From assembly GCF_009914755.1 (NCBI RefSeq), contig NC_060937.1: a stretch of DNA of 64,000 nucleotides; one strand, given 5' to 3'. A model generated the notes under the pieces. It had not been told where the DNA came from. It saw only the letters and a list, made by a program, of their open reading frames with translations, and searched no databases. Position 1 is the stretch's first letter; the number at the start of each line of letters is the position of its first letter. Source of the stretch: the human T2T-CHM13v2.0 reference genome, Homo sapiens. Positions 62,701-64,000 of the stretch are shown piece by piece. The position numbers and the translations under genes were made by a program.

Positions 62701-64000
62701 GTACATCAAATATATATTTTATTCTGTGCATAAAATACCAAAGTACACCAGATATATATTATATGGTGTACATAAAATATCAATGTACCCAAACTATACA
62801 TTAAATACTGTACATAAAATATCAAATTACATCAAATATATATTATATTAGGTACATAAAATATGAAAGTACATCAAATATATATTTTATTCTGTACATA
62901 AAATATCAAAGTACACCAGATATATATTCTATAGTGTACATAAAATATCAAAGTAGCCAAACTATACATTATATACTGTACATAAAATATGAAATTACAT
63001 CAAATATATATTATATTAGGTACATAAAATATGAAAGTACATGAAATATAGATTATATACTGTACATAAAATATCAAAGTACCCCAAATATATATTACAT
63101 ACTCTACATGAAATATCAAATTTCACAAGCTATATATTATATACTGTACATAAAATATCAAAGTACCCAAGGTATATATTCTATACTGTACAAAAAATAT
63201 CAAAGTACCCAAAGCATGTATTATATACTGTACATAAAATATGAAATTACATCAAATATATATTTTATTCTGTACATAAAATATCAAAGTACACCAGATA
63301 TATATTCTATAGTGTACATAAAATTACAAAGTACACAAACTATACATTATATACTGTACATAAAATATGAAATTACATCAAATATATATTAGGTACATAA
63401 AATATGAAAGTACATCAAATATAGATTATATACTGTACATAAAATATCAAAGTACCCCAAATATATATTATATACTCTACATGAAATATCAAAGTTCACA
63501 AACTATATATTATATACTGTATATAAAATATCAAATTACCCAAGGTATATATTCTATACTGTACAAGAAATATCAAAGTACCCAAAGCATGTATTATATA
63601 CTGTATATAAAATATGAAAGCACATCAAATATATATTTTATTCTGTACATAAAATATCAAAGTACACCAGATATATATTCTATAGTGTACATAAAATATC
63701 AAAGTACCCAAACTATACATTATATACTGTACATAAAATATGAAATTACATCAAATATATATTATATTAGGTACATAAAATATGAAAGTACATCAAATAT
63801 AGATTATATACTGTACATAAAATATCAAAGTACCCCAAATATATATTATATACTCTACATGAAATATTAAAGTTCACAAACTATATATTATATACTGTAC
63901 ATAAAATATCAAAGTACCCAAGGTATATATTCTATAATGTACAAAAAATATCAAAGTACCCAAAGCATGTATTATATCCTGTACATAAAATATGAAAGTA
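56714..64000 (+). repeat. Super-repeat resumes: unit 9841-10867, then copy E (unit 1 to ~7010) with a 751-bp deletion
   Basis: Offsets +46,873 (9921->56794, 10672->57545), +57,740 (1161->58901), +56,989 (2290->59279), +56,990 (6377->63367). The rare CTGTTTTAAAAT marker occurs at ~9910, ~23588 and ~56783. Confidence 0.9.

Larger units (their letters stand above)
1..64000 (+). repeat. Human Satellite 1A (HSat1A / SAR / classical satellite I)-type tandem array, 42-bp monomer
   Basis: Continuous ~42-bp units such as TGTACATAAAATATCAAAGTACCCAAACTATACATTATATAC. GTAC (RsaI) sites split most units into 17-bp and 25-bp pieces, the classical satellite I A/B sub-units. About 78-80% AT by eye, almost no CpG, same orientation throughout, array runs off both window ends. 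Confidence 0.96.

Noticed and set aside
1-64000. CRISPR-like look of a conserved 17-bp unit alternating with variable 25-bp segments
   Set aside because: The variable segments are homologous to each other and cycle every nine units; there are no unique spacers, leader or cas genes.
1-64000. Alpha satellite, HSat1B, HSat2/3, telomeric repeat or an AT-rich protist/organelle repeat gene
   Set aside because: No 171-bp monomer or CENP-B box, no Alu-containing 2.4-kb unit, no CATTC/GGAAT or TTAGGG. The 17+25-bp RsaI structure and 378-bp period fit HSat1A.
1-64000. TATA-like boxes (TATAAA, TATATA) and short hairpins (GTATA...TATAC, ATGTA...TACAT)
   Set aside because: Expected by chance at ~80% AT; stems are 5-6 bp with no supporting context, so they are not called as promoters or terminators.
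1-64000. Assignment to a specific chromosome or species
   Set aside because: HSat1A arrays occur at several loci (chr3 and chr4 centromeric regions, acrocentric short arms) and there is no unique flank here; it needs a k-mer search against assemblies.

Overview
The whole 64-kb window is one uninterrupted, single-orientation array of a very AT-rich primate satellite matching Human Satellite 1A (HSat1A/SAR, classical satellite I). It has a 42-bp monomer made of the 17-bp ACATAAAATAT(C/G)AAAGT and ~25-bp ACCCAAA...TATACTGT RsaI sub-units, organised as a 378-bp 9-mer. I see no genes, RNA genes, transposons or CRISPR arrays; all listed ORFs are by-products of a repeat whose length is divisible by 3. 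The interest is in the nested architecture. A 10,867-bp (260-monomer) super-repeat is present as one full and several rearranged copies. A 22.3-kb more diverged block joins it in register at both ends, implying a ~33-kb ancestral unit. There are local 751/1501-, 793/1749-, 1129- and 168-bp periodicities, and register shifts mostly between particular monomer pairs. One speculative functional lead: the + strand carries 5-6 perfect Pumilio elements (UGUANAUA) per 378 bp. Species (human or other ape) and chromosome cannot be fixed from the sequence alone. Offsets come from the ORF track and hand comparison, not from an alignment.
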